Part shown: in pieces, positions 19,346 to 28,811 of the stretch
Position numbering within the stretch: the stretch's first letter is position 1
How the letters are laid out: every line of letters starts with the position of its first letter
Source of the DNA: Candidatus Saccharimonadales bacterium
GTDB taxonomy: Bacteria; Patescibacteriota; Saccharimonadia; Saccharimonadales; JAUPVS01
NCBI GenBank assembly: GCA_039920385.1
Contig: JBDSDR010000023.1
Coordinates: 6,430 to 70,429 of the forward strand
Direction of reading: 5' to 3'
DNA length: 64,000 nt
Made by a program: the position numbers and the translations under genes
The notes under the pieces: model-generated
Told to the model about the DNA's origin: nothing
What the model saw: only the letters and a program-made list of their open reading frames with translations
The model's database searches: none

Positions 19346-21122
19346 TAACTTTACGAGCGGAGTAGACTTTGGCCAAAGCGACGGTTAGGACATTCTCGAT
19401 GTTGCGATGAGCAGCGGCCAACTGCTTACTATAGCGGCCTTTAGTGGACTTAACAGATAGTGGCGGTAAAGCTTTGTCGGGCAAACCAAGCAAACTGTAC
19501 AGAACTGTCATTTCAAGTTCATCAAGCTGAATATCGGGATGAACTAGCGGATCGGCGGCCATAAATTCTACCAAACTTCGAATATCATCTCTAAGTTCGG
19601 CGATATCTTTACCTTTAAAACTATCCAGTACTGAATTATTGAAGATGGCTTTTAGGTCGTCGAATTCTTTGGCAGCGGTAATCTTAAGGGTTTGAGCAAG
19701 TAGTTCGACTGCTTCGGGCAAGCTTTCGGCAGTTACCAATTTTTCGTTGGTGCGCGGCACTTTAGGTTCTGGTTTAGGTGAAATCACCTCTGGAGTAACG
19801 GATGCTACTGGGGCTTCTACGATTTCTTCATCGATATTAGCTGTTACCGTTGACTCCTCCCGGCCGTTGGCCAGAATTTTGTCTAGTTCCTCAGTGGTGA
19901 TATTGTCTTTGATAGCTTTAGGTAGATCGCTCATCGCTACCTCGAGAGCTCGGGTATTGGTGTCGTATCTGGTTGATATATCGTAGTAGCTTTCGCCCAT
20001 ATAACGAGCCATGAGTTGCTCGCAACGGTCGGCCCGTGGGATAGCATTACCAGTCTTGGTTGGTATTGCTCCATAAACTTTAAGGACGTCTGCTAATAGT
20101 TGCTGGCCCTGAGCCGCGTCTAGCGACAATCGGGCAATTTTTTCACCAAAAATTTTTATCAATAGATTTTCTTGGCTTCTAGTCAGTTCTGGTTTATCGG
20201 CTGGCTCGTCTACGACATCAATATTGTCATCCGGTACCGGTATGACTTCTGCAACATCTGGCTCTACGGCATCAGTTTCAACTGACTCGTCCTCGGCCAA
20301 TGTTTTTTGCAGGATTTCCATCAATGTCTCTTTACCGAGACCTCGTTTTATGCTGTCCGGTAAGGCCTTATTTAGCGATTGGCTGATGGAACCTACCGAT
20401 GAATCATATAGTTTCGCCAATTCAGTAAAACCCGCACCGTTAAAACGCGCCATCAACTGTTCACAGCGAATTGATTTAGGCATATCGGTACGTTTCTTAA
20501 CAGGGATGACGCCGTACTGCTCGCTCACCTTACCTAGCAACTGGCGACCTTGGGCCACAGTTATGTTTCGACCAACTACCTGGGCGCCAAAAATTTTTAT
20601 CAAAATGGTTTCCTGCACCCTAGAGAGTATTTCGGATTCCGACAACTCATCATTATTAGTGCCGGCTTCGTGGGGGTCATCTGTTATAGCCGGATCAGTC
20701 TCTAGAGTTGGGGCTTCTTCTACCGGTTCGACAATGACTTCCACCGGTGCTGGTTCGACCGGTTCTTCCGGCTCAGCTACGGAAACCGGGGACTTTTCTA
20801 CTACATCATCTTTTTTAACCTCTACCGACAACTCAACTACCGGTACAATCTGCAAAGTCTGACTGGCCGTGTCACGACCTAGCAAATCGACGGCTGCACC
20901 AATGTGCTCAGCCAAGGCTTTACGTTCTTGGAAATCGTCTATACTGTCGATTTGGGCGGCTAGCGCCACTACGAATGAGCCAGCTGCTTCTGGTGGCAAG
21001 TCTAAAGCCCCAGCCAAATCTAGCCCACGTTGTTTGGCCATACCTCCATATAAGTCATGGGCAAACTGTAATGCTTCGATTTCTCTGTCGCTGAAGATCG
21101 TATCGTTAGTTGGATTAGCCAT
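19338..21122 (-). CDS. Hypothetical acidic protein with two tandem ~105-aa repeats containing sigma-region-4-like HTH segments
   Basis: Internal duplication: LIKIFGAQVVGRNITVAQGRQLLGKVSEQYGVIPVKKRTDMPKSIRCEQLMARFNG... versus LIKIFGEKIARLSLDAAQGQQLLADVLKVYGAIPTKTGNAIPRADRCEQLMARYMG... The stop overlaps the sigma gene start by 8 nt. Confidence 0.7.
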   Translation of the reverse strand: MANPTNDTIFSDREIEALQFAHDLYGGMAKQRGLDLAGALDLPPEAAGSFVVALAAQIDSIDDFQERKALAEHIGAAVDLLGRDTASQTLQIVPVVELSVEVKKDDVVEKSPVSVAEPEEPVEPAPVEVIVEPVEEAPTLETDPAITDDPHEAGTNNDELSESEILSRVQETILIKIFGAQVVGRNITVAQGRQLLGKVSEQYGVIPVKKRTDMPKSIRCEQLMARFNGAGFTELAKLYDSSVGSISQSLNKALPDSIKRGLGKETLMEILQKTLAEDESVETDAVEPDVAEVIPVPDDNIDVVDEPADKPELTRSQENLLIKIFGEKIARLSLDAAQGQQLLADVLKVYGAIPTKTGNAIPRADRCEQLMARYMGESYYDISTRYDTNTRALEVAMSDLPKAIKDNITTEELDKILANGREESTVTANIDEEIVEAPVASVTPEVISPKPEPKVPRTNEKLVTAESLPEAVELLAQTLKITAAKEFDDLKAIFNNSVLDSFKGKDIAELRDDIRSLVEFMAADPLVHPDIQLDELEMTVLYSLLGLPDKALPPLSVKSTKGRYSKQLAAAHRNIENVLTVALAKVYSARKVNE

Positions 21123-21144
21123 TATTACCCCTCTATTTACAGCT

Positions 21145-21172
21145 ATTGTAATCTACTAACGACCACTTGCAA
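21145..21172 (-). promoter_or_regulatory. Sigma-70-type promoter for the 594-aa protein and sigma operon
   Basis: On the minus strand: TTGCAA (21172-21167), a 16-nt spacer, then TACAAT (21150-21145). GAGGGG SD precedes the ATG at 21122. Confidence 0.5.
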
Positions 21173-21183
21173 GCATGAGCAAT

Positions 21184-22263
21184 TTAATTAATCCTTAGTA
21201 GTAGGTACTGGGCTAAGCCGTCAAGGAACTCGGTGCCCGAGTCTGACCATAAAGAGCTATTGTCATGAAGTGATTTGCGGGCAGTTTCAACGTATTTTTT
21301 GGCTTTGACCTGGGTATACTGAAGTGAACCAGTACTGACAATAATTTCTTGGCAACGAGCAAAGTCTTTGGCGGTTAATTGCTGGTTGCCCAGACATTTT
21401 AGTAAGAATTCTTTATCGGCTGGGATGGCTCGATCGAGTGCATGTACCGTTAGCAAGGTGCGCTTACCTTCGCGGATGTCATCAATCGAATTTTTGCCAG
21501 TATCTTGCTTGTCACCAAAGGTACCAATGATATCATCGGTAATCTGGAAGGCTTGGCCGGCATTTTTGGCAAATGGTGTTATACCATCGGTCACTTCACA
21601 ACCAGCTCCAGCCAGCACCATGCCAACATGTAATGGGTTAAGAATTGTGTAGGTAGCGGTTTTCCATTCCTGGACCTTAGCCACATCTGCCTCGGTAAGA
21701 TTTTCGTTGAGTTGGTTGAGTGGATCAGCGATCTGTCCATGGATTGTTACCACCATAGTGCGATTGACGATGCTCATAACATTACTGCGCAACTCAGCCG
21801 ACGCATCCAGATTAGCTAAAATCATCATGGCACCATGATCCCCTAGTAAAGCAGCGTTAGTAGCCAGCGTCTCGGCTAGGTGACGGTCTTTATAAATACT
21901 TTCCAGCTGAACATGAGCCGTCGGGCCACCACGGCGTAATAACGAATTGTCTTGGACGTCATCAATCACTAACATCGAGGCATGAATCATTTCTATCGCC
22001 CGAGCAGCCTGCATAATCATGGCCTGGTTAGTCCCGCCCGACATTTTGTAGCCCTCAATGACTAAAGCCCCCCGCAAACGCTTACCGCCCCTATTTAGGA
22101 TGTCTGTGTAGGCATCTATAGCATCTTGTGAGCCCTGACCGTACTGTTCTTTAGTCGAAGACTTGAGATATTCCACGTAATCGGTAATATCAGCATCAAT
22201 TGCCTTCTTATGCTGCTTTACAACGGTCTTAAAGTAGCCTGTGTCCGTCCCGACTGTTTTCAT
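21184..22263 (-). CDS. Polyprenyl diphosphate synthase (trans-isoprenyl diphosphate synthase family)
   Basis: First Asp-rich motif LVIDDVQD and second Asp-rich motif ITDDIIG. GKRLRG near the N-terminus. Confidence 0.88.
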   Translation of the reverse strand: MKTVGTDTGYFKTVVKQHKKAIDADITDYVEYLKSSTKEQYGQGSQDAIDAYTDILNRGGKRLRGALVIEGYKMSGGTNQAMIMQAARAIEMIHASMLVIDDVQDNSLLRRGGPTAHVQLESIYKDRHLAETLATNAALLGDHGAMMILANLDASAELRSNVMSIVNRTMVVTIHGQIADPLNQLNENLTEADVAKVQEWKTATYTILNPLHVGMVLAGAGCEVTDGITPFAKNAGQAFQITDDIIGTFGDKQDTGKNSIDDIREGKRTLLTVHALDRAIPADKEFLLKCLGNQQLTAKDFARCQEIIVSTGSLQYTQVKAKKYVETARKSLHDNSSLWSDSGTEFLDGLAQYLLLRIN

Positions 22264-22289
22264 ACTCCCCAGTATACGACATCTGTGGT

Positions 22290-23249
22290 CTACTGGAGCT
22301 CAGCTTGTAAATTTAACATTTTGGAGTAGAACTCGTGTAACTCACCAGGAATCTGGTTAATGGCTGTTGGTTCAGCAATTGGTAGGCCACGTACATCAGC
22401 TAAGGTTTGCCGACCATACATACCGACATCAAAGAATCGGTCAGATCGTAAGCCAGCCCGGATTGTATCGACGGCACGTGAGGCGTATGTAGTACTGGTA
22501 TCAAGACCGACTGATGATTCTTCATCGCCACAAGCTGTTAATACATCCCCTATGAAGCTCATCAAAGCTGCACTATCCGGCTGATTCCGATATTTATTTT
22601 CACCAGCTTCGTTAACAAAATCTTCACGATCAACACGAAGCACCATCACTGGTTGGCCGCGCAATTCGCCAATTTTAACCAGTTGGCCGGTCGTGTCTTG
22701 GATCAACTCGAAGTGGTTACTAATATCATAACCAAACGGGAGTACTTCATCTTCTTGAGCTACAAAATCTGGCTGCTGTTCTGCGAGTAATCTGACGAGA
22801 TCGTATTCCGTCTTACCAGACATCTCCACATCATGCTTTTCATACATATAGTCAACTTCATCCTGGCCCAGTTTTCGATTCTCTGAACCAGCAAAGATTA
22901 TCGTTTCACCAGCAGGCCCAATTTTGGCTTCGGCTTCGACCTTCCAAGCTTTACCTCCCTCTTTCACCCGTATTTTGGCAGTTCCTAGAACATCACGTTC
23001 GGCGCCTATACCAAAGCGCTCAGCGATTTCTCTTAGCTGAACTGCTTGCGTATCAGATAGAGGAAGACCTTCCGAGTCATTCCGTGGCGTTGTTGGCTCT
23101 GGAAAAACTTCGAGCGGGTTACCGTCGGTACTTCCAGTTACAATTTCGACGGCTTCCCCCATCCACTGAGTGCGTTCCGCCAAATAGGCTTCGACTTCAG
23201 CACTTTGCATATGTTCTGGTGATGGGCTTGGTTTATCAGTGTTAGTCAT
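22290..23249 (-). CDS. Hypothetical protein (319 aa)
   Basis: Long ORF with an AGGAA SD and its own promoter. Weak resemblance to the 24200..25186 product (see findings). Confidence 0.6.
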   Translation of the reverse strand: MTNTDKPSPSPEHMQSAEVEAYLAERTQWMGEAVEIVTGSTDGNPLEVFPEPTTPRNDSEGLPLSDTQAVQLREIAERFGIGAERDVLGTAKIRVKEGGKAWKVEAEAKIGPAGETIIFAGSENRKLGQDEVDYMYEKHDVEMSGKTEYDLVRLLAEQQPDFVAQEDEVLPFGYDISNHFELIQDTTGQLVKIGELRGQPVMVLRVDREDFVNEAGENKYRNQPDSAALMSFIGDVLTACGDEESSVGLDTSTTYASRAVDTIRAGLRSDRFFDVGMYGRQTLADVRGLPIAEPTAINQIPGELHEFYSKMLNLQAELQ

Positions 23250-23277
23250 AATATTTCCTCAACAATTTAATGCCACA

Positions 23278-23306
23278 ATCATAGCAAGTTGTAAATACTT
23301 TGTCAA
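23278..23306 (-). promoter_or_regulatory. Sigma-70-type promoter for 22290..23249
   Basis: On the minus strand: TTGACA (23306-23301), a 17-nt spacer, then TATGAT (23283-23278). Confidence 0.6.
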
Positions 23307-23312
23307 TGCTAT

Positions 23313-23327
23313 TTCACATACTGTGAA
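23313..23327. promoter_or_regulatory. Palindromic operator candidate TTCACA-tac-TGTGAA
   Basis: Perfect 6+6 inverted repeat immediately upstream of the -35 of the minus-strand promoter. It uses the same half-site as 23355-23373. Confidence 0.5.
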
Positions 23328-23354
23328 TATTATGTTACCTGTTATATGCCATTT

Positions 23355-23396
23355 TGTGAATTTGTATTTCACATTTAATTAAATATATGCTAAAAT
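23355..23396 (+). promoter_or_regulatory. Leaderless promoter of the TrmB-like regulator, overlapped by the inverted repeat TGTGAA-N7-TTCACA
   Basis: -35 TTCACA (23368-23373), a 17-nt spacer, extended -10 TGcTAAAAT (23388-23396), then ATG at 23403 only 6 nt downstream. The -35 is the right half-site of the inverted repeat 23355-23373. Confidence 0.6.
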
Positions 23397-23402
23397 GGTT
23401 GC

Positions 23403-24203
23403 ATGGTTGATTTAACAGCTGCCGGATTATCAAAAACAGAGGCCAATTGCTATCAGGCCCTAGTAACCAAGGAAGATTGGCAACCCAGCAAACTTGCCGA
23501 ATATGTCTCCGAGTCACGCACAAATATGTATAAAATTTTAGATAAATTGGTGTTACTTGGCTTAGCCGAAAAGTTCAATAAAGCCAAAAAGATCCACTAC
23601 CGAGCGGCTAACCCTTCCCGGCTTTTGCAGCTGGCTCATGAAACTCGCGCCCAACAAGAAGCAGCTCAAAAAGAACTTGAGTTGGGTGCACAAAGCCTTA
23701 TGCGAGAGTATATAAAAACTAATGAACAGCCAGGGGTTCAGTACTACCAAGGGCAGACTGAAATCAGAACGATATTTGAAGAAATTGAGAATTCTAATAG
23801 TGAGGTAGTTTTTGTTCACACCTTGGCCGGTACCGACTTTTACGGTTTTGACGAGATGCACAAACTGCGCATTAAAGCCGCCAAGAGTGGTGTCCCGCGC
23901 CGTGGCTTAACCCCCGACACCAAACTGGCCAGCTACGATTACAAAGAAAAAGACCACTTAGTAAAACTAACCCGCACCTGGTTAGCAGCCGACGATTACA
24001 CGGCTCCAGTCGAATGGGGAGCCTTCGATAATAAGCTCTACATCATTTCTTATGGCGAAGAAGCCCTTGGTATGATCATCGAAAGCCAGCAAATTTCTGA
24101 CGCCTTTAAACAAATTTATAACTTACTCGAAAGAGGCCAAAAATTGCAGCCCGATTACGAGCATTTACCTAAGTTAGCGCAACGAAAGGTTCGTACCGAC
24201 TAA
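23403..24203 (+). CDS. TrmB-like winged-helix transcriptional regulator
   Basis: N-terminal GLSKTEANCYQALVTKEDWQPSKLAEYVSESRTNMYKILDKLVLLGLAEK matches the TrmB HTH pattern, followed by a C-terminal effector-like domain. Confidence 0.7.
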   Translation: MVDLTAAGLSKTEANCYQALVTKEDWQPSKLAEYVSESRTNMYKILDKLVLLGLAEKFNKAKKIHYRAANPSRLLQLAHETRAQQEAAQKELELGAQSLMREYIKTNEQPGVQYYQGQTEIRTIFEEIENSNSEVVFVHTLAGTDFYGFDEMHKLRIKAAKSGVPRRGLTPDTKLASYDYKEKDHLVKLTRTWLAADDYTAPVEWGAFDNKLYIISYGEEALGMIIESQQISDAFKQIYNLLERGQKLQPDYEHLPKLAQRKVRTD

Positions 24204-25186
24204 ATCGTTTGCTTACTGTCTTCGTATAGATTGCGAGCAATCTCGCCTAAGAACAGATAGTCTTTGTTTGAGTCTGGATAGGCGGCCGGACCTGCCGCTA
24301 CAAGCCGGACGTCCTGACGACCATTCTGACTTAACACCTCACTAACAACCCGTGCCGTGCGTCGAATATAAGGGTTACTTGATACAAAAGCCACTCGGGC
24401 ATTGTCGGGAGGTGGAACATCCTCGAGCCATTGCTGGGCACAAGCTTCGGTAGTGTGGCGTGGCTCACCCTGGGGACGCTGAACCGCTGGCGTGTTCAAA
24501 AGCGTAATATCGTAGTGATCCCCTAAAAGTTCATAGCGGCTAATTGGGACTGTGGCAGAACCAAATCGCAAGTGTGCTCGGTGTAAACTTAGATTGCCCA
24601 GGTTATGCAGACCAGCTAGGCGCATAAGTTCGGTTTCACTGAGACTGGGCCGGTTATGGCGCATTGCGTTAAACCACGGGTCGGTCCCGGCTAATGGCTG
24701 GTCATCAATGTCGGCTTTAGCCTTATGCACAAACCAAGTTTCGAGCTGCTTATTTAAAGGTCGCCGGCCGCCCCAAAGAATAATACCCCCATCAGCTTTA
24801 AGGCTGACCGATTCGGACTGCAGAGCGTCTTTTAAAAAACTCAGACGTAGCTCATTGGCCCGTTGCATACCGCCCAAAACGATAATTTGGTCATATTCCC
24901 CTTCTGGTATTGGTACGGCTTCGACCAAACCCATTTTGGTATAGATCTCCTTGGCAGCGGCCGATTGATCATTATCCAGCTTAGCTGGGCTTTCTGGACT
25001 AAAGTGATCACCTTTTACCCATGGCTGGGTATCTTCAACTATATCGGCAAGATTATCACTCCACTGACTTTGGCTATCTAAAATAGTGAAAAGCTCTTCA
25101 AGCTCAGGCTGAAAAGTATCAAAAAAACTCTCTGCGGCAAGATTTAAATGTTCACCGTGGGTGACATGAGTCTCAGTGGTTGACAT
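24200..25186 (-). CDS. Hypothetical protein, possibly DUF218/YdcF-like
   Basis: IIVLGG and FVSSNPYIRRTARV segments. I place the start at Met9 of the track ORF (MSTTETH). Extended -10 TGCTATAAT lies 9 nt upstream. Confidence 0.55.
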   Translation of the reverse strand: MSTTETHVTHGEHLNLAAESFFDTFQPELEELFTILDSQSQWSDNLADIVEDTQPWVKGDHFSPESPAKLDNDQSAAAKEIYTKMGLVEAVPIPEGEYDQIIVLGGMQRANELRLSFLKDALQSESVSLKADGGIILWGGRRPLNKQLETWFVHKAKADIDDQPLAGTDPWFNAMRHNRPSLSETELMRLAGLHNLGNLSLHRAHLRFGSATVPISRYELLGDHYDITLLNTPAVQRPQGEPRHTTEACAQQWLEDVPPPDNARVAFVSSNPYIRRTARVVSEVLSQNGRQDVRLVAAGPAAYPDSNKDYLFLGEIARNLYEDSKQTI

Positions 25187-25276
25187 AACCTGTATATTAT
25201 AGCATAACAACTATGTTTTTGCAAGTTACTCTTCCCTGTTATGTACTAAAATCCTGCAATCTAGTAAGATGAAGCA

Positions 25277-25846
25277 ATGACTAGAAAACACATCATCGCC
25301 TTTGTTGGAATGCCTGGCAGCGGCAAAGGTACTTGCACGACATATCTACACCAAAAGCACAGCTTCCCAGTTGTGCACTTTGGAAACATGGTTTACGAAG
25401 AAGTGCAGCGGCGCGGCCTAGATAATGTCAAAGACGAGCAGTTCGTACGCGAAGACATGCGCGAGCAGGAAGGTAAAGCAGTGCTTGCCAAACATGTCGC
25501 CCGAAAGGCCGACGAATTTTTTGAAGAAGGTAGCGACACAGTTGTTCTCGATGGCTTATATAGTTGGAGCGAACTAAAGTTTCTTAAAGATAAATACGGG
25601 GCTGACCTGAGTGTCATTGCCATCACCGCCCCCCGCCAAGAACGCTATAGGCGCATTCTCGCGCGCAAAGATAGCCACCGCAAATACACTTCAGCCTCGC
25701 AGATTGAAGAGCGTGATATCAGTGAAATAGAGAATCTCGAAAAGGGCGGACCAATCGCCTTCGCCGACTTCACTCTGGCTAACCATCAATCTTCCGAGCA
25801 CCTCTTAAGCGACCTAGACGAAGTTGTTACAGAAATTCTTACTTAA
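25277..25846 (+). CDS. P-loop nucleotide/nucleoside kinase-like protein (adenylate or dephospho-CoA kinase-like fold)
   Basis: Walker [12 protein letters not shown] within a ~190-aa kinase-size protein. Substrate unknown. Confidence 0.6.
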   Translation: MTRKHIIAFVGMPGSGKGTCTTYLHQKHSFPVVHFGNMVYEEVQRRGLDNVKDEQFVREDMREQEGKAVLAKHVARKADEFFEEGSDTVVLDGLYSWSELKFLKDKYGADLSVIAITAPRQERYRRILARKDSHRKYTSASQIEERDISEIENLEKGGPIAFADFTLANHQSSEHLLSDLDEVVTEILT

Positions 25847-27008
25847 TATAATCGTGCAATTTACGAGCATCTTTGTGCTTGCGTAGTTTAGCCAGAGCTT
25901 TAGCTTCGATCTGGCGAATACGTTCGCGGGTAACACTAAACTCTTGACCAACTTCTTCGAGAGTATGGCTCTTGCCATCTTCTAGGCCAAACCGGAGTTT
26001 AAGAATCTTCTGTTCGCGCTCTGTCAGAGCACCGAGCATGTCTTTAACATGTTCTTTTAGCAATTGGCCTGTGGCGGCTTCTTCTGGCGAGACCGAATCT
26101 TCATCTTCGATAAAATCACCCAACACTGAATCTTCTTCGTCATCGCGTACAGAGGCATCAAGGCTGGAAATATCCTGCTTAATCTTCATGATGTGCTCGA
26201 CTTTTTCGACTTCGATTTCCATTTCTTTGGCAATTTCTTCGTTGGTTGGTTCGCGGTTTAGTTCTTGGGTTAAACGACGTTGAGTACGAAGCAGTTTGTT
26301 AATAGTTTCAACCATGTGAACCGGTATACGAATGGTGCGGGCTTGGTCGGCAATGGCACGAGTAATCGCCTGGCGAATCCACCAGGTGGCGTAGGTACTA
26401 AACTTAAAGCCTTTGTCTGGGTCAAACTTTTCGACAGCTCGTAATAGCCCGGTATTACCTTCTTGGATGAGATCTAGAAGGTCTAAACCGCGACCAACGT
26501 AGCGCTTGGCAATACTAACCACCAAACGCATGTTGGCTTCGGCCATTTTATCTTTAGCACCCTTGTCACCGGCTACGACTTGGTTGGCTAGCTTAAGTTC
26601 TTCTTCGGAGTTTAAAAGTGGGATTTTACCAATTTCTCGTAAATACAATCGAACCGAGTCGTCGGCAATATCGTCCAAATAAGTTTGGTCATCCAAAACA
26701 ATCTCTTCTTCGTCTTCGTCCTCGGCCCATTCGCTAGTAAAATCAGCGGCATTTGGCTCGGTAGCACTAACAATTGATAGATTTTGCTCTGCTAGCTGAA
26801 TATACAGGGCGTCTAGAGCGTCGACGTTTTCGGGTGCATCAGGGATCACAGCATAAATATCACGTTGATCAATTTTTTTATCTTTTTTGGCTTTAGCTAG
26901 TAACTTTTTGGTCACAGCTGCAAAATCGGCCACCGGTACTTGGGTAACTGGCTTGGTTGATTTAGCTGATTTAGCTGGTTTTGTCGGCTTGTCGGCTTTT
27001 TTTGCCAT
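25839..27008 (-). CDS. rpoD: Primary RNA polymerase sigma factor RpoD
   Basis: [41 protein letters not shown]. Region 4 reads [27 protein letters not shown]. Located immediately downstream of dnaG. Confidence 0.95.
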   Translation of the reverse strand: MAKKADKPTKPAKSAKSTKPVTQVPVADFAAVTKKLLAKAKKDKKIDQRDIYAVIPDAPENVDALDALYIQLAEQNLSIVSATEPNAADFTSEWAEDEDEEEIVLDDQTYLDDIADDSVRLYLREIGKIPLLNSEEELKLANQVVAGDKGAKDKMAEANMRLVVSIAKRYVGRGLDLLDLIQEGNTGLLRAVEKFDPDKGFKFSTYATWWIRQAITRAIADQARTIRIPVHMVETINKLLRTQRRLTQELNREPTNEEIAKEMEIEVEKVEHIMKIKQDISSLDASVRDDEEDSVLGDFIEDEDSVSPEEAATGQLLKEHVKDMLGALTEREQKILKLRFGLEDGKSHTLEEVGQEFSVTRERIRQIEAKALAKLRKHKDARKLHDYIK

Positions 27009-28753
27009 TAAGCATCTCCTTCTTTAGTTAATTTAAGTAGAGCGTCGAGCGCTTTTACTTTAGTTAAGATTTGTTCAGTTTTCTGTTCATCGGCTTCGTT
27101 AAGCGCAGCGGTAAGGGGAGCTTTTTTAGTTTTGACGTAATTTTCTATCAGGCGAACCTGCAGTCGAGCGGCTTCTAAACGAAGCTCTAAAGTCTCGAGG
27201 TCTTGATAGAGTTCCTCAAAGATTACTGACAATACTTTAACATAGTCTGCCAGTTCTGCCAATTCTGACGGGGCTTTGCCAGCTCCGTTAAAGTCAGAGT
27301 TTTCCTGCAAAAATTTTAGTAATCTCTGGCCTGGCTCTTCGGGCAACATTTCGGCACTCAAAGGTTGCAGATAGGGGCGCAAATTTGGCACCGTTAAAGC
27401 TAAGGCCAAAAGATGATTTTGTGACTTAATAACTTCTGGTGATAAGATAGGTTTGGCAGCACTGGCTACAGTCTTTTTTAGACGAACCGGCTGATTTTTA
27501 TCATGCAGCTTGCTAAGTAAAGCCTCTTTGCTTACCCCTAGGGTTTTACCCAGCTTTTCTAGATAATGTTCTTGCTCGACTTGGTCCTGCAAAGCTTTGA
27601 TCACCGCCAACATAACATCGCTATACTGGCGTTTGTCGGGGGCTTTTGTCAGATCTAGACGTTTTTGGTAAACCCGCATCAGCCAATCGAGGGCGTACTC
27701 CGGCTTATCAATTACCTCTTGCCAGGCTTTGGGGTTTTTTTGGATGAGTTCATCAGGGTCTTTGGCCCCCACAACAGTTACAATACTCAAATTAACGCCG
27801 ACCTTGCTGGCTAACGGAATCGCTCGCTCGGTGGCGGCAATACCAGCATTATCTTGGTCAAAGGCCAAGCGGACATCGTGTACAAACCGGCCCAAAGTTT
27901 TAAGATGGTTCTCGGTTATCGCCGTCCCGGCCGTTGCAACTACATTAGTAACCCCTACTTGATGGCTAGCCACCACATCCATATTTCCCTCCACAATTAC
28001 GGCGTAGCCGCTCTTGCGGATAGTTTCTTTGGCCAGGTGCAACCCAAAAACATGCCGGCTCTTGTCGTAGAGTGGTGTTTGAGGTGTGTTTAAGTACTTA
28101 GGGGCATTTGGTATATCTTCTAGCAAGCGGCCGGTAAAACCAATCACCTGACCCTGAGCATCCATTAAAGGAATCATGATCCGGCTGCGGAACATATCGC
28201 TAGCTCGCCCTCGCTTGGTGGTCAGACCGGCGGCTGTCAGGTCTGCCTCGCTAAAACCTTTCTTAACCCCATAATCAGTTAAAGCCGATCCATTATTAGG
28301 CGCATAGCCCAAACGGAACGATAGCGCCGTGGCCTTGTCGATTTTGCGTTGCTTGAATACATAATTGATTGCTTCCTGGTTTTTACTGAGGTGAACTTGG
28401 TAAAAGCGGGTCGCCAGTTCGTTGGCATCAGCCAGTTTTTGTTTCTGCTTACCGTCACCGGCCCGGCCTTTGTACTGGGTTAGTTCAACGCCGGCTTTGC
28501 GCGCCAAAAGCTCTAAAGAACCTTTAAAATCGAGACCTTCGACCTCCATAATAAAGCTGAACATATTACCGCCTTTGCCCGACGAGAAATCGTGCCAAAT
28601 CTGTTTTTCGGGGCTGACCATAAAACTGGCAGTTTTTTCATTACCAAACGGGCTGAGCCCCTTAAAGTTGCGACCCGCCCGTTTTAGCTCAACGTATTGA
28701 CCAATAACGTCCTCGATCGCTAGTCTTTGTTTGATTTCCTCTACAGCATCCAT
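27008..28753 (-). CDS. dnaG: DNA primase DnaG with a degenerate zinc-binding domain
   Basis: The N-terminal primase ZBD scaffold [32 protein letters not shown] aligns to CPFHxEKTPSF...HCFGCG. TOPRIM region VIVEGNMDV...AFDQDNAG. Confidence 0.9.
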   Translation of the reverse strand: MDAVEEIKQRLAIEDVIGQYVELKRAGRNFKGLSPFGNEKTASFMVSPEKQIWHDFSSGKGGNMFSFIMEVEGLDFKGSLELLARKAGVELTQYKGRAGDGKQKQKLADANELATRFYQVHLSKNQEAINYVFKQRKIDKATALSFRLGYAPNNGSALTDYGVKKGFSEADLTAAGLTTKRGRASDMFRSRIMIPLMDAQGQVIGFTGRLLEDIPNAPKYLNTPQTPLYDKSRHVFGLHLAKETIRKSGYAVIVEGNMDVVASHQVGVTNVVATAGTAITENHLKTLGRFVHDVRLAFDQDNAGIAATERAIPLASKVGVNLSIVTVVGAKDPDELIQKNPKAWQEVIDKPEYALDWLMRVYQKRLDLTKAPDKRQYSDVMLAVIKALQDQVEQEHYLEKLGKTLGVSKEALLSKLHDKNQPVRLKKTVASAAKPILSPEVIKSQNHLLALALTVPNLRPYLQPLSAEMLPEEPGQRLLKFLQENSDFNGAGKAPSELAELADYVKVLSVIFEELYQDLETLELRLEAARLQVRLIENYVKTKKAPLTAALNEADEQKTEQILTKVKALDALLKLTKEGDA

Positions 28754-28811
28754 GTTTTATTATTGTACGCTATCTGGTCAAACAGGGGTTGCTTATGCTT
28801 AAATAGAAGTT

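Noticed and set aside
20224-20862. 212-aa plus-strand ORF inside the 594-aa gene
   Set aside because: It is a Ser/Thr-rich antisense shadow. The minus-strand frame has an internal protein-level duplication, a promoter and an SD.
25196-25207. 12-mer ATTATAGCATAA shared with 42308-42319, considered as a dispersed repeat or dif-like site
   Set aside because: On the coding (minus) strand both copies read TTATGCTATAAT. That is an ideal extended -10 promoter, and it lies 9 nt upstream of a start codon in both cases.
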